A DNA stretch of 63,661 nucleotides, the filler included, from Octopus bimaculoides (taxonomy: Eukaryota), in the NCBI RefSeq assembly GCF_001194135.2. It is 5 parts of 5 records of this genome, joined end to end, with 100 filler letters (N's around TTAATTAATTAA, not from the genome) between each part and the next. Parts side by side here need not be neighbours in the genome. Positions count along the whole stretch, not along the records: positions 1 to 10,019 come from NC_068996.1; positions 10,120 to 33,127 come from NC_068993.1; 3 more parts are not named here. One strand, written 5' to 3'. Both the position numbers and the translations under genes were made by a program. The notes under the pieces are model-generated. The model was not told the DNA's origin, did no database searches, and saw only the letters and a list, made by a program, of their open reading frames with translations. Shown here in pieces: positions 1 to 13,393 of the stretch. The number at the start of each line of letters is the position of its first letter. Position 1 is the stretch's first letter.

Positions 1-32
<32 letters not shown>

Positions 33-485
33 GCGTTTTCACTGATTATGAGTCGACCTCAGGGTAAATAAAATGCTAAGTGCCACTGATTCCAAACAGG
101 AGGACCGGATTTAGAACAACACGGCAAATGATCGTCCATCAGGCGCTATCCGTACACGCTTCTTCGATTTCTTCTTTGCTCACTCCTTCCGGTATCCTTG
201 CGGTTTTCTGCCAGCCAAACCACCATCATCATATTTCACCAGATATTAAATTCGACAATGTTAACCCAAGAAGGCCTCTATCTTCAACGGACCTCAATCT
301 TACCAGTTTACACCTGTTTGAAATCGTACTTGAAGTTGGTAAACTATATGCTTTTTGATGTAATCTATAAGTACATCAATAAATTTCAAAGCCAAATTGT
401 GCTTTGTAATATATACAGATATATATTACCTTTAAAGAAAAACTTCACCCTCCCTTCTATTTTTCAGTAAATATTCTCTCTCACT

Positions 486-543
<58 letters not shown>

Positions 544-2062
544 NNNNNNNNNNNNNNNNNNNNNNNNNNNNNNNNNNNNNNNNNNNNNNNNNNNNNNNNN
601 NNNNNNNNNNNNNNNNNNNNNNNNNNNNNNNNNNNNNNNNNNNNNNNNNNNNNNNNNNNNNNNNNNNNNNNNNNNNNNNNNNNNNNNNNNNNNNNNNNNN
701 NNNNNNNNNNNNNNNNNNNNNNNNNNNNNNNNNNNNNNNNNNNNNNNNNNNNNNNNNNNNNNNNNNNNNNNNNNNNNNNNNNNNNNNNNNNNNNNNNNNN
801 NNNNNNNNNNNNNNNNNNNNNNNNNNNNNNNNNNNNNNNNNNNNNNNNNNNNNNNNNNNNNNNNNNNNNNNNNNNNNNNNNNNNNNNNNNNNNNNNNNNN
901 NNNNNNNNNNNNNNNNNNNNNNNNNNNNNNNNNNNNNNNNNNNNNNNNNNNNNNNNNNNNNNNNNNNNNNNNNNNNNNNNNNNNNNNNNNNNNNNNNNNN
1001 NNNNNNNNNNNNNNNNNNNNNNNNNNNNNNNNNNNNNNNNNNNNNNNNNNNNNNNNNNNNNNNNNNNNNNNNNNNATATATATATATATATATATACATA
1101 TATGCACATATATGAATGTATATATATATATATGTATATATATGCACATACTTACACGCACACACTTGCCTGTATACATATAGATATACGTGCATATACA
1201 TAGATCAAATATTGAAAATAATAATGGGGAAACATACTTTTAATATTCCAGTTTTTAGTCATTACAAAAGTTTCAGTTTCTAAAGTAACTAATGGCAACG
1301 ATTTAAGTGACACTAGCCGGATAATTTCCTTAACTATCATTTTTCGGTCGGCTAATAATCTAAGGGAAGGATAATGTTATTATTCATGATTAATGAATAT
1401 TTGCATATGATATATAACTTCAAGATTAATCAAATTGCAATAATATCAGATCAACGCATGTACTGTTCATATGAATATTAGTATAGATAAGTTTAAACAT
1501 GGTAGAAGACCTATTAGTAGAAATTATATAAAACATTAGATATATGTCTTTGAGTTAGCGCTACCTGTGAGCGTATATATACACACACACTTACACACAC
1601 GTGAAACCACACACTGTCGCTCATATATATATATATGTGTGTGTGTGCGTGTGTGTGTGTGTGTGTGTGTCGGTGTGTGTGTGTGTCGGTGTGTGTGTAT
1701 GTGTGTGTGTGTGTGTGTGTGCGTGCGTATGTGTCCGTGCACGTGCATATGAGTCTGTGCATACATATGTATAACGCCAAATACATTATACATAGATTAC
1801 AAGATATGAATATGTATCTGCATACATGTATCATGAACACAAATGGTATACAAACATGCATGCTCACAGACTCATATATATAAAACTGGAACAATGTTCT
1901 TAAATAGCACCCACCCTATATCCCCTTACAAGAAGACCAACGCAACAACTAAAACGTAAGGCTCTATTTACCTATCACCACTATCACACCACCACATATA
2001 TTACACCCAATAATTACTTCTCCTACATTTCGCACACCACAAACTTCGAATATACCCTTCAG

Positions 2063-2114
2063 CACTCTGAAGAGATCGGCCAAACTACTGGCTGCATCGA
2101 AACGTACGTAAGTG
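2063..2114 (+). ncRNA. Minimal type-I hammerhead ribozyme (Penelope-type)
   Basis: CACT-CTGAAGA-[GAT CGGCC aaactact GGCTG c ATC]-GAAA-CGTACG-TA-AGTG. Intact core, G:C closing stem II, loopless palindromic stem III, GUA cleavage triplet, 4-bp stem I. Confidence 0.8.
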
Positions 2115-3294
2115 ACTAAGACATAATATACAAAATGACACATTACATAACCTAAACCTCCACACTGACTCATTTCACAAGCTCCACATAATAAAACAAC
2201 GGCTATCTAGTCCAACGAAAATGCTTTTTCTTGTATTTGTTGCTCCATTCTCCAAGTAAATATATNNNNNNNNNNNNNNNNNNNNNNNNNNNNNNNNNNN
2301 NNNNNNNNNNNNNNNNNNNNNNNNNNNNNNNNNNNNNNNNNNNNNNNNNNNNNNNNNNNNNNNNNNNNNNNNNNNNNNNNNNNNNNNNNNNNNNNNNNNN
2401 NNNNNNNNNNNNNNNNNNNNNNNNNNNNNNNNNNNNNNNNNNNNNNNNNNNNNNNNNNNNNNNNNNNNNNNNNNNNNNNNNNNNNNNNNNNNNNNNNNNN
2501 NNNNNNNNNNNNNNNNNNNNNNNNNNNNNNNNNNNNNNNNNNNNNNNNNNNNNNNNNNNNNNNNNNNNNNNNNNNNNNNNNNNNNNNNNNNNNNNNNNNN
2601 NNNNNNNNNNNNNNNNNNNNNNNNNNNNNNNNNNNNNNNNNNNNNNNNNNNNNNNNNNNNNNNNNNNNNNNNNNNNNNNNNNNNNNNNNNNNNNNNNNNN
2701 NNNNNNNNNNNNNNNNNNNNNNNNNNNNNNNNNNNNNNNNNNNNNNNNNNNNNNNNNNNNNNNNNNNNNNNNNNNNNNNNNNNNNNNNNNNNNNNNNNNN
2801 NNNNNNNNNNNNNNNNNNNNNNNNNNNNNNNNNNNNNNNNNNNNNNNNNNNNNNNNNNNNNNNNNNNNNNNNNNNNNNNNNNNNNNNNNNNNNNNNNNNN
2901 NNNNNNNNNNNNNNNNNNNNNNNNNNNNNNNNNNNNNNNNNNNNNNNNNNNNNNNNNNNNNNNNNNNNNNNNNNNNNNNNNNNNNNNNNNNNNNNNNNNN
3001 NNNNNNNNNNNNNNNNNNNNNNNNNNNNNNNNNNNNNNNNNNNNNNNNNNNNNNNNNNNNNNNNNNNNNNNNNNNNNNNNNNNNNNNNNNNNNNNNNNNN
3101 NNNNNNNNNNNNNNNNNNNNNNNNNNNNNNNNNNNNNNNNNNNNNNNNNNNNNNNNNNNNNNNNNNNNNNNNNNNNNNNNNNNNNNNNNNNNNNNNNNNN
3201 NNNNGGTGCACCACCGTGATTTTTACGTTCCTTGCATGGCTCTTCTCCCCCACCTGACATGGTCCAATCAAGAGTTTTGATGGCACATCTGGTG

Positions 3295-3330
<36 letters not shown>

Positions 3331-3402
3331 TATATTTGTGTGTGAGAGATCGCTAACCACTACACATTCTTTTTTTTTCTCTCCTTGTTTCTTTCTGTGT
3401 TC

Positions 3403-3438
3403 CTTTCTGTGGAAGAGCGTAGGCTCGAAACGTTAAAG
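3403..3438 (+). ncRNA. Degenerate hammerhead-like motif within a Penelope-type terminal repeat
   Basis: CTTT-CTGTGGA-A-GAGC gtag GCTC-GAAA-CG-TT-AAAG. Stems I and II pair, but the core deviates (CUGUGGA instead of CUGANGA). Confidence 0.45.
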
Positions 3439-4072
3439 ACGCTTTCACTTCCCGAGCGTTATACTAATACATCTGTGTGTGTCTACACCACCTGTCTTCG
3501 TCTTTTGTTTTTTGTTTCTTTTTTGTGAATTCTCCCCTATATATATACACACACATATACATGTATACATATACAGATGCAGTTATATAAATGTATATAG
3601 ATAAATATATATGTGTGTGAATATGTATATATGTATTTTTGAATCTATACGCCAACTTAGCCGCCAGTACATACATGAACCACCACCAGGTCTACTCTCA
3701 TCTACAAATCCTATTTTCTTTCACGATTCTCTCACTACCCTACAAAAATACCTCAGTGTGATTTTTTGTGAATAGACAATTATATATTCATAATTATACA
3801 GGTAAAAGCACCACCCTAACTCCGTGCCCACACACATACATATAATTCAAATATAGGTTATTTTGGCCCCATAAAGTGATGGGATCATCCAAGGAAATAC
3901 TGGTTCAATACCTAATAATTTGTGGGGTGGTTAATATCCATAAAATAATATATATGTATATTTATATATATACAAAGCATGGTTTATAATAATTTAAATC
4001 AAGAATAAGGAAATGGAGATATTGAAGTTAATTACAGTTTATTATCTGCAAAAAATCGATCATTAGCCCTTA

Positions 4073-4310
4073 CAGCTGTTTCAATTAAGCTCAGTGAAGT
4101 CAAATGAATACTAAAATCATATTTCTGAGCACAATCTCTTCGGAGGGAGAAATAATTATAGCTTTAGATATTTTGTGTGTTAGTTTTTTTTTTATAATCA
4201 TGGCAGACCCGTGATGATATAGTTAGGGTATAGTTATTCTCCCTCTGGAGAGATTATGCTCAGAAATATGATTTTAATATCTATTTAAATTGAGCGTAAT
4301 TGAAACAGCT
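4073..4310. repeat. Foldback / MITE-like inverted repeat
   Basis: Arms of ~85 bp (4073-4162 vs 4226-4310; cagctgtttcaatt...ggagggagaaataattatag) around a ~60-bp spacer. Confidence 0.75.
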
Positions 4311-4389
4311 GCCAGGGAGAATGATCGATTTTTTTTGCTGATAATAAAATCTTAACTTCAATATTTTCATTTTCTTATTTTTTATATAC

Positions 4390-4422
<33 letters not shown>

Positions 4423-4643
4423 TGTATGTATGTATGTATGTATGTATGTATGTATGTACAAGCATGGCCTAGTGTTAAGTAGTTTGCTTCCCAGCAATAC
4501 CGTTCCGAGTTGAGTCCCATAAAGTGGTAAGGTGGGAAAGTACTTTCTACGATAATACCGGACTTCGTTAGAGGATTTGGAATATGGAAACTAGTAGAAG
4601 CTAACTGTATCAATATCTATCTATCTCTACCTATCTATCTACG

Positions 4644-4682
<39 letters not shown>

Positions 4683-5205
4683 GATATACTCATATTCTTG
4701 AAAAAAAGAGACAATAGATGGAAGGGATCCTTATATATAGCCAAGGGAAATAACCTATTCATTTTCCTAAATTATTTGGTAAAAATGAAATTGTGTAAGC
4801 TTATTTCTTAGTATTTGAACTGACAGAGTCAGTTTCGTAATTTATCTAGTACAACTCTTAAACAAGTAAATAGTATTTCCCTAAACAATAGATTCACTTA
4901 TTTCGGTTAGTGACTTATTCACGAATATACACTAGCGTCACTGAAAGTAATATTCTCTGGGGACGCACAAAAGTACATTTCAGAGTAATTTTCTTTGAAT
5001 TGTTATTATCTCATACCTGATTAGATAAATAGAAAGATAGATAGATAGATAGATAAAGAGACAGATGGATGGATGGATGGATGGATGGATGGATGGTGGG
5101 ATATGCATTTGTAATTATTTATATCACAGGCAAATACACTGCCAGTACATGTATATATATGTATGTATATGCATACATACATATGCGTGTAAATATGTAG
5201 TAGTG

Positions 5206-5237
<32 letters not shown>

Positions 5238-5257
5238 CATATATATATATATATACA

Positions 5258-5316
<59 letters not shown>

Positions 5317-5396
5317 ATATCTATCTATCTATCTATCTATCTATATATCTATCTATCTATCTATATATCTATATATCTATCTATCTATCTATCTAC

Positions 5397-5421
<25 letters not shown>
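5258..5421. repeat. (ATCT)n/(AT)n compound microsatellite
   Basis: Direct reading. Representative of dozens of AT, GT, CT, ATCT, ATGT, AAT and CAT arrays across the window. Confidence 0.95.
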
Positions 5422-5430
<9 letters not shown>

Positions 5431-5634
5431 ATGTGTGTGTGCATGTATATATGTTTGTATGTATGTCGTCGTGTTTCTCCCAGCAGCGTTTGAAAGCTGA
5501 AGCTGGATTGTTTATAGTCCCTTAATGTAGCGGTTTATCAAAAGAGACCGATAAAATGTTTCACGGGCTTAGAAATATCAAGTATTCGGACTCATTACAT
5601 CCTATTGCGAATATCCTTATTAATATGTATCTAA

Positions 5635-5998
5635 ATGCGTGGGCGTAAGCTCTCCGACTAGAAGGTTCCGAGTTTAGTTTCAATGCGCGGCACTTTGGTC
5701 AAGTCTTTTCTGCTATAGATAGATGATGATCAAAACCTTGAGCGTGTATTTCGTCGATGAAATTTATAGAAACCCTTCTTATAAATATCTAAGTGCAAGT
5801 ACTATTGTGTCTATGTTTCTCCCCGCCCCAACTACTTGACGGGTGTTGTTGATGTATTTATTTCTATGAAACATAGCGATTCGGCCTGTAAGATCGATAG
5901 AATAAGTAACTGGGTCAATTCATTCGATTATTTCTCTTCCAGGAGGTGTCTCAACATGGCTGCAATTTAATTACTGAAACAAGTAAAAGATAGAGGAT
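5635..5998 (+). mobile_element. SINE family A, old diverged copy
   Basis: Recognisable core (gcggcactttggtcaagtcttttctgctatag) and 3' end (caacatggctgcaatttaattactgaaacaagtaaaagat). Further fragments lie at about 4455-4600, 5470-5590, 6085-6190, 31670-31870, 39540-40420, 54088-54180, 59660-59780 and 60200-60270. Confidence 0.7.
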
Positions 5999-6050
5999 AA
6001 ACCGTATCTGCAATAATATCCGCGTGTGTGTCTATGTGCGTGTGTGTATT

Positions 6051-6083
<33 letters not shown>

Positions 6084-6813
6084 GTCTGTGTCCTGCAACA
6101 CTGCTTGACGACTGGTCTTAGTGTTTGCATCCCGTTACGTAGCTGTTCGATGAAACACAACAATAAAATAAGTACCAGATTTTCAAAAGACACATTTTGA
6201 AGAGCTCTATTCACATTCAAGGTCATATACACAAACGCATACACACACGCATTGAAGGACAATCAAGCCAACTACATGTATGAATGTGTGTACATATATG
6301 TGTTTGCGTGTGAATATGTATTTTATATATGTATTCGTACATTCATATACGTATATGCGCACACACACGTAAAGTATAAATAAATGTAAATATCAGTTCT
6401 TACACGTGAGAGTGTTTTGTGTGTGTATATATAATTGTGCGTACCTTAGCGTGCATATAAACCAACAGACAGGGAGACAGGGAGGTTTCCTATACAAATG
6501 ATTGAAGAACATTCATAGAAAACTTACGCGAAGGAAAAGTCATTCTATAAGTTAAATAAAAAGAAAATATAACCAGTATCAGAAAAATATATATAATTTT
6601 TCAACTTCGTGACCTACCCTCAGGTAGTCGAAATAAAATGTGCATTTACTGTACAAATGTTCTCTCAGAAACTATTGTGGTACCAAGCACTTTTGCCCTC
6701 CATGTTAATATACACATACGTGTGTGTGTGTGTATAACATGCATGGCAGTGCCCCAGCATAGCCACAGCTCGTGAGATGAAACTAGATAAAATGAAAAAT
6801 GAAGAAAAAAATA

Positions 6814-6846
<33 letters not shown>

Positions 6847-7177
6847 ATATCTGTCTATCAACATATATNNNNNNNNNNNNNNNNNNNNNNNNNNNNNNNN
6901 NNNNNNNNNNNNNNNNNNNNNNNNNNNNNNNNNNNNNNNNNNNNNNNNNNNNNNNNNNNNNNNNNNNNNNNNNNNNNNNNNNNNNNNNNNNNNNNNNNNN
7001 NNNNNNNNNNNNNNNNNNNNNNNNNNNNNNNNNNNNNNNNNNNNNNNNNNNNNNNNNNNNNNNNNNNNNNNNNNNNNNNNNNNNNNNNNNNNNNNNNNNN
7101 NNNNNNNNNNNNNNNNNNNNNNNNNNNNNNNNNNNNNNNNNNNNNNNNNNNNNNNNNNNNNNNNNNNNNNNNNNNNN

Positions 7178-7211
<34 letters not shown>

Positions 7212-8035
7212 TGCGTGTATGTATTCATATGCTTATTATTACTATCTTTACCGCAGTTCAACTGTTACATATTGAGAATAATATACTGTTATTTTAATAT
7301 ATTCTATTCATTCATGCTGTTATATAAACGAAGATATTTCCTTAGTGAATTGTTGTTAGGTGAATAAATTAGTGTATATATAATAGTTGGAAAGAGGTGG
7401 AAATTTTATTAGTTTGACTAATATAATACTGTAAAATTTTCACTGATATCGTTATTTATCCATCGAAACAGCACAATTAAGAATGTGACGTAAGTTTTAT
7501 TAACCTGAGATAACACATTTTGGAAGTTATAAGATTTATCGATTAACCTTTGTTTACAATGTACAATTGTATCAAGTATCATTAGTTTGTCTTCTAAGAT
7601 ATATTTATGGAATATTTATAAGTATTTTAATTAACTTAGGATAACAAAATTCAAAAGAATAAGGGATATCAGACGACAACTAATGAGACATCGCACAAAA
7701 GTTAATGATATTATTTGTCGACCTAGAATAACTACACTACAAAATAGTGACGTACAAACCTACAATAACTTCTGAAGTTTATCTAGGAAAACAGTATAAA
7801 CAGTTAGTAATGTGTTTAATTAAATAATGTCATTCCTGAATAACAAACAGATGTCAGTTTCCGAAAATCTATTCTCTAATGGCTATTTTAACGGATTCTC
7901 TCATAAGGTTTGTGGGACTTCATTTTACCATCCTTGACGACTTTGCATCCTGAAAGATCTTTACACAACAGGGATATTCCATTCAGAGTGGATTTTGCTT
8001 TTGTTATTATATATTCAAATACATATCTCTGTGTG

Positions 8036-8066
<31 letters not shown>

Positions 8067-8365
8067 ATTTGCGTGTGCGTGCGCGTGTGTGCGCGTGTGT
8101 GCACGAGCGCGTGTTTCCAAAACATGGAATTGATCTACATGGAGTAGGGATAGATATTTTCAACCTGATCTCCTGCTGTCCAAGGTCTCAGATGAACCAA
8201 AATAACAGCAAGAAACTCAAAAAGGGCAGCAATATCCTACTCATACCATTATTAAAAGCCAAATGCATAACAATTGGACAATGAAAAATGTAATAACACT
8301 GGTGATGCTCGAGCATAGCCACAGCCTTTGGACTAAAGCGCATAAAAGAGAAAAAAAAACAATAT

Positions 8366-8524
8366 AGGAGTGACTGTGTGGTAAGTAACTTGCTTACCAA
8401 CCACATGGATCTGGGTTCAATTTCACTGTGTCGCACCTTGTGCAAGTGACTTCTACTATAGCCTCAGGCCGAGCAAAGCCTTGTGAACGGATTTGGAAGA
8501 TGGAAACTGGAAGGAGCCCGTAGT
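8366..8524 (+). mobile_element. SINE family A, 5' half (runs into gap)
   Basis: ggagtgactgtgtggtaagtaacttgcttaccaaccacatgg...gcaccttgtgcaagtgacttctactatagcc. Confidence 0.85.
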
Positions 8525-10019
8525 ANNNNNNNNNNNNNNNNNNNNNNNNNNNNNNNNNNNNNNNNNNNNNNNNNNNNNNNNNNNNNNNNNNNNNNNNNNN
8601 NNNNNNNNNNNNNNNNNNNNNNNNNNNNNNNNNNNNNNNNNNNNNNNNNNNNNNNNNNNNNNNNNNNNNNNNNNNNNNNNNNNNNNNNNNNNNNNNNNNN
8701 NNNNNNNNNNNNNNNNNNNNNNNNNNNNNNNNNNNNNNNNNNNNNNNNNNNNNNNNNNNNNNNNNNNNNNNNNNNNNNNNNNNNNNNNNNNNNNNNNNNN
8801 NNNNNNNNNNNNNNNNNNNNNNNNNNNNNNNNNNNNNNNNNNNNNNNNNNNNNNNNNNNNNNNNNNNNNNNNNNNNNNNNNNNNNNNNNNNNNNNNNNNN
8901 NNNNNNNNNNNNNNNNNTGTAAATAGTAATGATATTTTATTAGTGCATGAAGCTTATAATTGATCACCGTGTATAGCCTAAAGAACATAATCTAAAATCG
9001 GGATCTATAAATTCTTGACAGAAAAAAAAGTGAGTTTTCTGTACTCGTATGACTCGAACCTACACCTCTGTCTTTTCGCGACCAGTGTGCTACCATTTGG
9101 AAGAGGGATAAGTCAATTACATCGACTCCGGTTCTCAGCTGGTACTTATTTTATCGACCCTAAACAAATGGAAGGCAAAGACGACCTCGGCGGCATCTGA
9201 ACTCAAGACGGACGAAATGCTGCTAAACACTTTGCATGACCTGTTGACAACGATTCTGCCAGCTCACTGCTCTGCAGTTTCATAAAATATTGATTTATTA
9301 TTTGAGACAATCGACATTTTTTACTCACACCTTCTTCAAATTTCAGCCTAAAGATTTCTCCTTTTTGTTTTAATACAACTGCAAACAGCAGTCATCTGCA
9401 GGAGAAGGGTAACAATATTTATTACCGAAGCAGACGATCCCGCGAAGTCTTAAAGGATGATGTAATAGTCCTAGAAGAAACCATAAACAGGAAAATATAT
9501 TAAATATTTCTAAACAAGGACATTACTTTTCATTTATTCATTCAGTCACTTATGTTATCAAACATTTTTTCTTTCATATTTAGATAACGAAATAGGTACA
9601 GAGATGCAACGCTGTACACTCCGTTTTGTTTTATTGAAGGAACTGCGTAAATTTTTATATTTACTTTATTTCATTTCTTTTATTTCATAAAAGTAAGCAA
9701 AGGAATAAATTATGGTCACAATTGAACATCAAACGAACCATTCTTCAAAAAATATTGCTGTATCAACGAAAAGGTAACTACTTTATAGCTATCAAGAATA
9801 AAAAGAAAAAGTGTTGCCATATTCCACTCGAACAATAACTTAACGGTCTTCAATATCAAAGTACATCGTACGTGATAAAATCTGGAGTGCACTGGTCTGA
9901 ATCAAATATTTGAAAAAAGGTTTAGTGTGTGTGTGTATATATATATACATAGATAGATAGACAGTCAGACAGACAAACATGTAGATAAATAGATATATAG
10001 ATAGATAAACGTATTTATA

Positions 10020-10119
10020 NNNNNNNNNNNNNNNNNNNNNNNNNNNNNNNNNNNNNNNNNNNNTTAATTAATTAANNNNNNNNNNNNNNNNNNNNNNNNN
10101 NNNNNNNNNNNNNNNNNNN
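10020..10119. other. Artificial scaffold join: 44 N + TTAATTAATTAA + 44 N
   Basis: The identical 100-bp pattern recurs at 33128-33227, 42163-42262 and 54181-54280. The 12-mer gives stops in all six frames. Confidence 0.95.
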
Positions 10120-10179
10120 ATGTCGCATTTAGTGACAACTATACTTTTCCTTTACGGTAACACATTGCGCAAGGGTGTT

Positions 10180-10216
<37 letters not shown>

Positions 10217-10356
10217 ACACACACACATATATATATTTAGATTCACGTGAATATGGTACTTAAGTTTAGGCACCAGAATTTAACATGGTATTATCCATAC
10301 AGCTTCAAAATAAGGTGATTAAAATCAAAATAAGCAACAAAGATATCCAGAGGTAA

Positions 10357-10444
10357 TTCAGTACGATCGTTTCATGCGACTCCATTTATTTGAACAATGT
10401 AAACATTACATCAAATATAAAATGTAGAGCAATCTTCAGCTGCA
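10357..10444 (-). ncRNA. Hammerhead-like motif with long stem II
   Basis: Minus strand: TGCAG-CTGAAGA-~59 nt insert (ttgc...gcat)-GAAA-CGATCG-TA-CTGAA. Intact core and palindromic stem III. Confidence 0.6.
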
Positions 10445-11943
10445 CAAGACATAGAAATTTAGAAATTTAATGAAATTAAATTTGAACAGAAGGACATATT
10501 TTTATAATTAAACCTAAACTCTCCAAGTAGAAAAGAGGAACACAAAAACCATTTTGACTCACCCAGACCATACAGGCTAGTAAATAAACATTCTAAGCAG
10601 ATTTTAACTGCCAATGATTTTATTTGTCTTTTTGGCTCTGATTTATGGCCTATCTTATCAGACCTAGTGATTCAAAGCTTAAGAGGACAATGGCATTTTC
10701 TTTGTAGGGTAAGGGATAAACAGTATAGACAGTAAACATGGATGATATAGTTATAAAATTTCTTAGGGTTTGGTGACAAACTACTATGGGGTGGGGGTTC
10801 TCTACTTGCAGACCAGTTTATAATGAAACAGGGGAAGTCTTATCATATAGCACTTAGGTCAAACGTATATAAAAATAAAGTTGCTATATTGTATACAGAT
10901 AACAGTAAATGGTTATTCCTAGTTTTCATTAATCATAATAATATATCAGTATTATTTTACATATGCTAAGTTTGAAATACTTGAGATACCAATATTTGCT
11001 TAATTAATATGTGAATAAATAAAGGCTAATTATAAATTAAATAATGAAATAAAATAAAATAGTGTATAATAATGTAAATAATCAATTAAGGCAGTATACA
11101 AAAACAATGAAGTGGCATTAATTTAAAATGCTATGGTAAAGTACGTTTAGACTTATTTACACCAATATAAAAGACCCAGAGATAAAATGTGAAATTTAAA
11201 ATTTATGTTAGACTAAAATTTTAAAATTAAATTTGTATATCTAATATCATTGAAAGTAAACATAAAAAAACAAATTTATTATACAGTTAATATAAAGAAT
11301 TGATACATTGGATTTACATGGTATATAATGATGGACTCATCAAGGTTTAAGAAACTGATAAATTGAACGATTGGAATTAACATAGTATATAATGGTGAAC
11401 TAAACTATTACTAGAGAACATGATAATTATGTACTAATTTAATTAGATTGCACTATCTTAAATTATCAGGAACTGGTATTAACTAACATAGGCTAAGTAC
11501 AGAATAATAATGGAGCAAGGATTATATTCATTTAAGTCACCCATAAATAACAATAATAATACTACAACATCAATAAAATAACACAAATCATTTAGGGTCA
11601 GTCATCAAATGAAACTTAAAATTTTTAAAGATTTTTAAAAACTATTAAAAAATTTCAAGCATCCTTATTCATTAAATTTAAGTAAAATACACACTAAACT
11701 AACAGCAATAGGGAATGTGATATGGAAAAATTTAAGTAAAACCATATACCATCAATGGATAAATTAAAATTTTCGTTTTCATAGGAAGATTATACATTAA
11801 GGTGAGAGATCAAAAATTTGTTATAAAAGTTAAATTTTAATTTAAGCAGCATAAATTTATGTTTTATAGGTGCCAATAATTGTATTTTAAGCTTGAGATG
11901 AAGTGAAGATACCTGTATATGTATATTTTAAGGATAAAGAAGA

Positions 11944-12495
11944 ATATAAATTAGTCAAATCACTAAAATCAAGATGAAGTTAATATATGATTTAGTAGTC
12001 ACAATAAATAAGAATCATAGAAAATATTTGATATATCCAATATCTGAAACTAAAAATATTCAAATTTACTTGATTAGCTTATCTCTATAGTAACAATAAT
12101 CCAATCTAGACTAAAGGAAAGTTAATGCTATGGGTTGTATTTATAAGGATAAAGTGAAGATACCAATATTTGTATATTGTAAGGATAGATTTATAAGGGT
12201 GCCAAAAAATAGGTATGCCTGGAGGTAATTATGAGGTATAAAATAGTCATGTAGGGTAGAAAAAACACATCATGGAAAGAAAAAAATATAAATTAGTCAA
12301 ATCTCTAAAATCAAGATGAAGTTAATATGTGATTTAGTAATCACAATAAATAAGCATTAGAGAAAATATTTAATATATCAAATATCTAAAACTAAAATTG
12401 TTTTTAAAAATTTACTTAATTAGCTTATCTCTATGGTAACTACAATTCAATCTAGACTAAATGAAAGTTAATGTTATAGCTTGTATTTATAATGA
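11944..12495 (+). repeat. ~205-bp direct duplication
   Basis: 11944-12148 matches 12286-12495 (tataaattagtcaaatc...gaaagttaatg.tat...ttgtatttataa). Confidence 0.85.
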
Positions 12496-13305
12496 CTATG
12501 GTTCAATATTAAACACAGGAAAGTTAATGCTATAGGGTGTACTCACTTATGCACTAATTATGGACTAAGATAAACATGGTAGATATTAAAATACCACATC
12601 TTTATAATTCTAACTACTTTCTAAAATATTTAAAAGTGCAAGTAGAACAGTGTACACACAATACTCTAAGATCTAATCTATTATTAATCAGGTTAGTATT
12701 GTTTTTAAGCTTAAAAATTTCATATGTTTCCATGGAACATAGCTCACACCCATATCTTCTATTTCTATTTGGTTGATTGAGCTTTTCTTATAATTTCCCA
12801 GTTAAGGCTAAAACTGGTACGACTTTCCTTTAATTCCCAAATTTTATTTGATAACGACGTACAATTAGCCTTTTGTTTAAGTCTAGAAGATGACAGGTGA
12901 TTATATATACGCTGTTTCAAATTAATCGAACAACCTACGTAAATATAATTATCAGTTGTAGTACTTATTGTGCATTTATATACTATGTTCTAGGTGAGAC
13001 AACGGGACTTATTTCTACAATTGCAACTAGTAGAACTATCAATAATACCAATATTATTACTAAGATTTAAATTATTATTGTTATCATTATTCGCATTGGT
13101 ATTATTTCCACTATTATTAATTCTATTATCAGGTTTGAATGTTTGACTTAGCCAGACCATACAGGCTAGTGTAGCCTGTATCGTCTGGCTAAGTCAAAAT
13201 GTTTTTTTGTATTCCTCTTTTCTACTTGGAGAGTTTAGATTTAATTATAAAAATATGTCCTGTTCAAATTTAATTTCATTAAATTTCTAAATTTCTATGT
13301 CTTTG

Positions 13306-13393
13306 TGCAGCTGAAGATTGCTCTACATTTTATATTTGATGTAATGTTTACATTGCTCAATTAAATGGAGTCGCATGAAACGATCATGCTGCA
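13306..13393 (+). ncRNA. Hammerhead-like motif with long stem II (inverted partner of the 10357-10444 copy)
   Basis: TGCAG-CTGAAGA-insert-GAAA-CGATCA-TG-CTGCA. Perfect 5-bp stem I, but G at the cleavage position, so probably inactive. Confidence 0.55.

Noticed and set aside
9041-9097. tRNA gene on the minus strand
   Set aside because: It has a B box (GGTTCGAGTC) and a partial D loop, but no proper anticodon or acceptor stem. More likely a truncated SINE head.
10064-10075. TTAATTAATTAA as a biological motif
   Set aside because: It is always centred in exactly 44+44 Ns, so it is a scaffolding linker.
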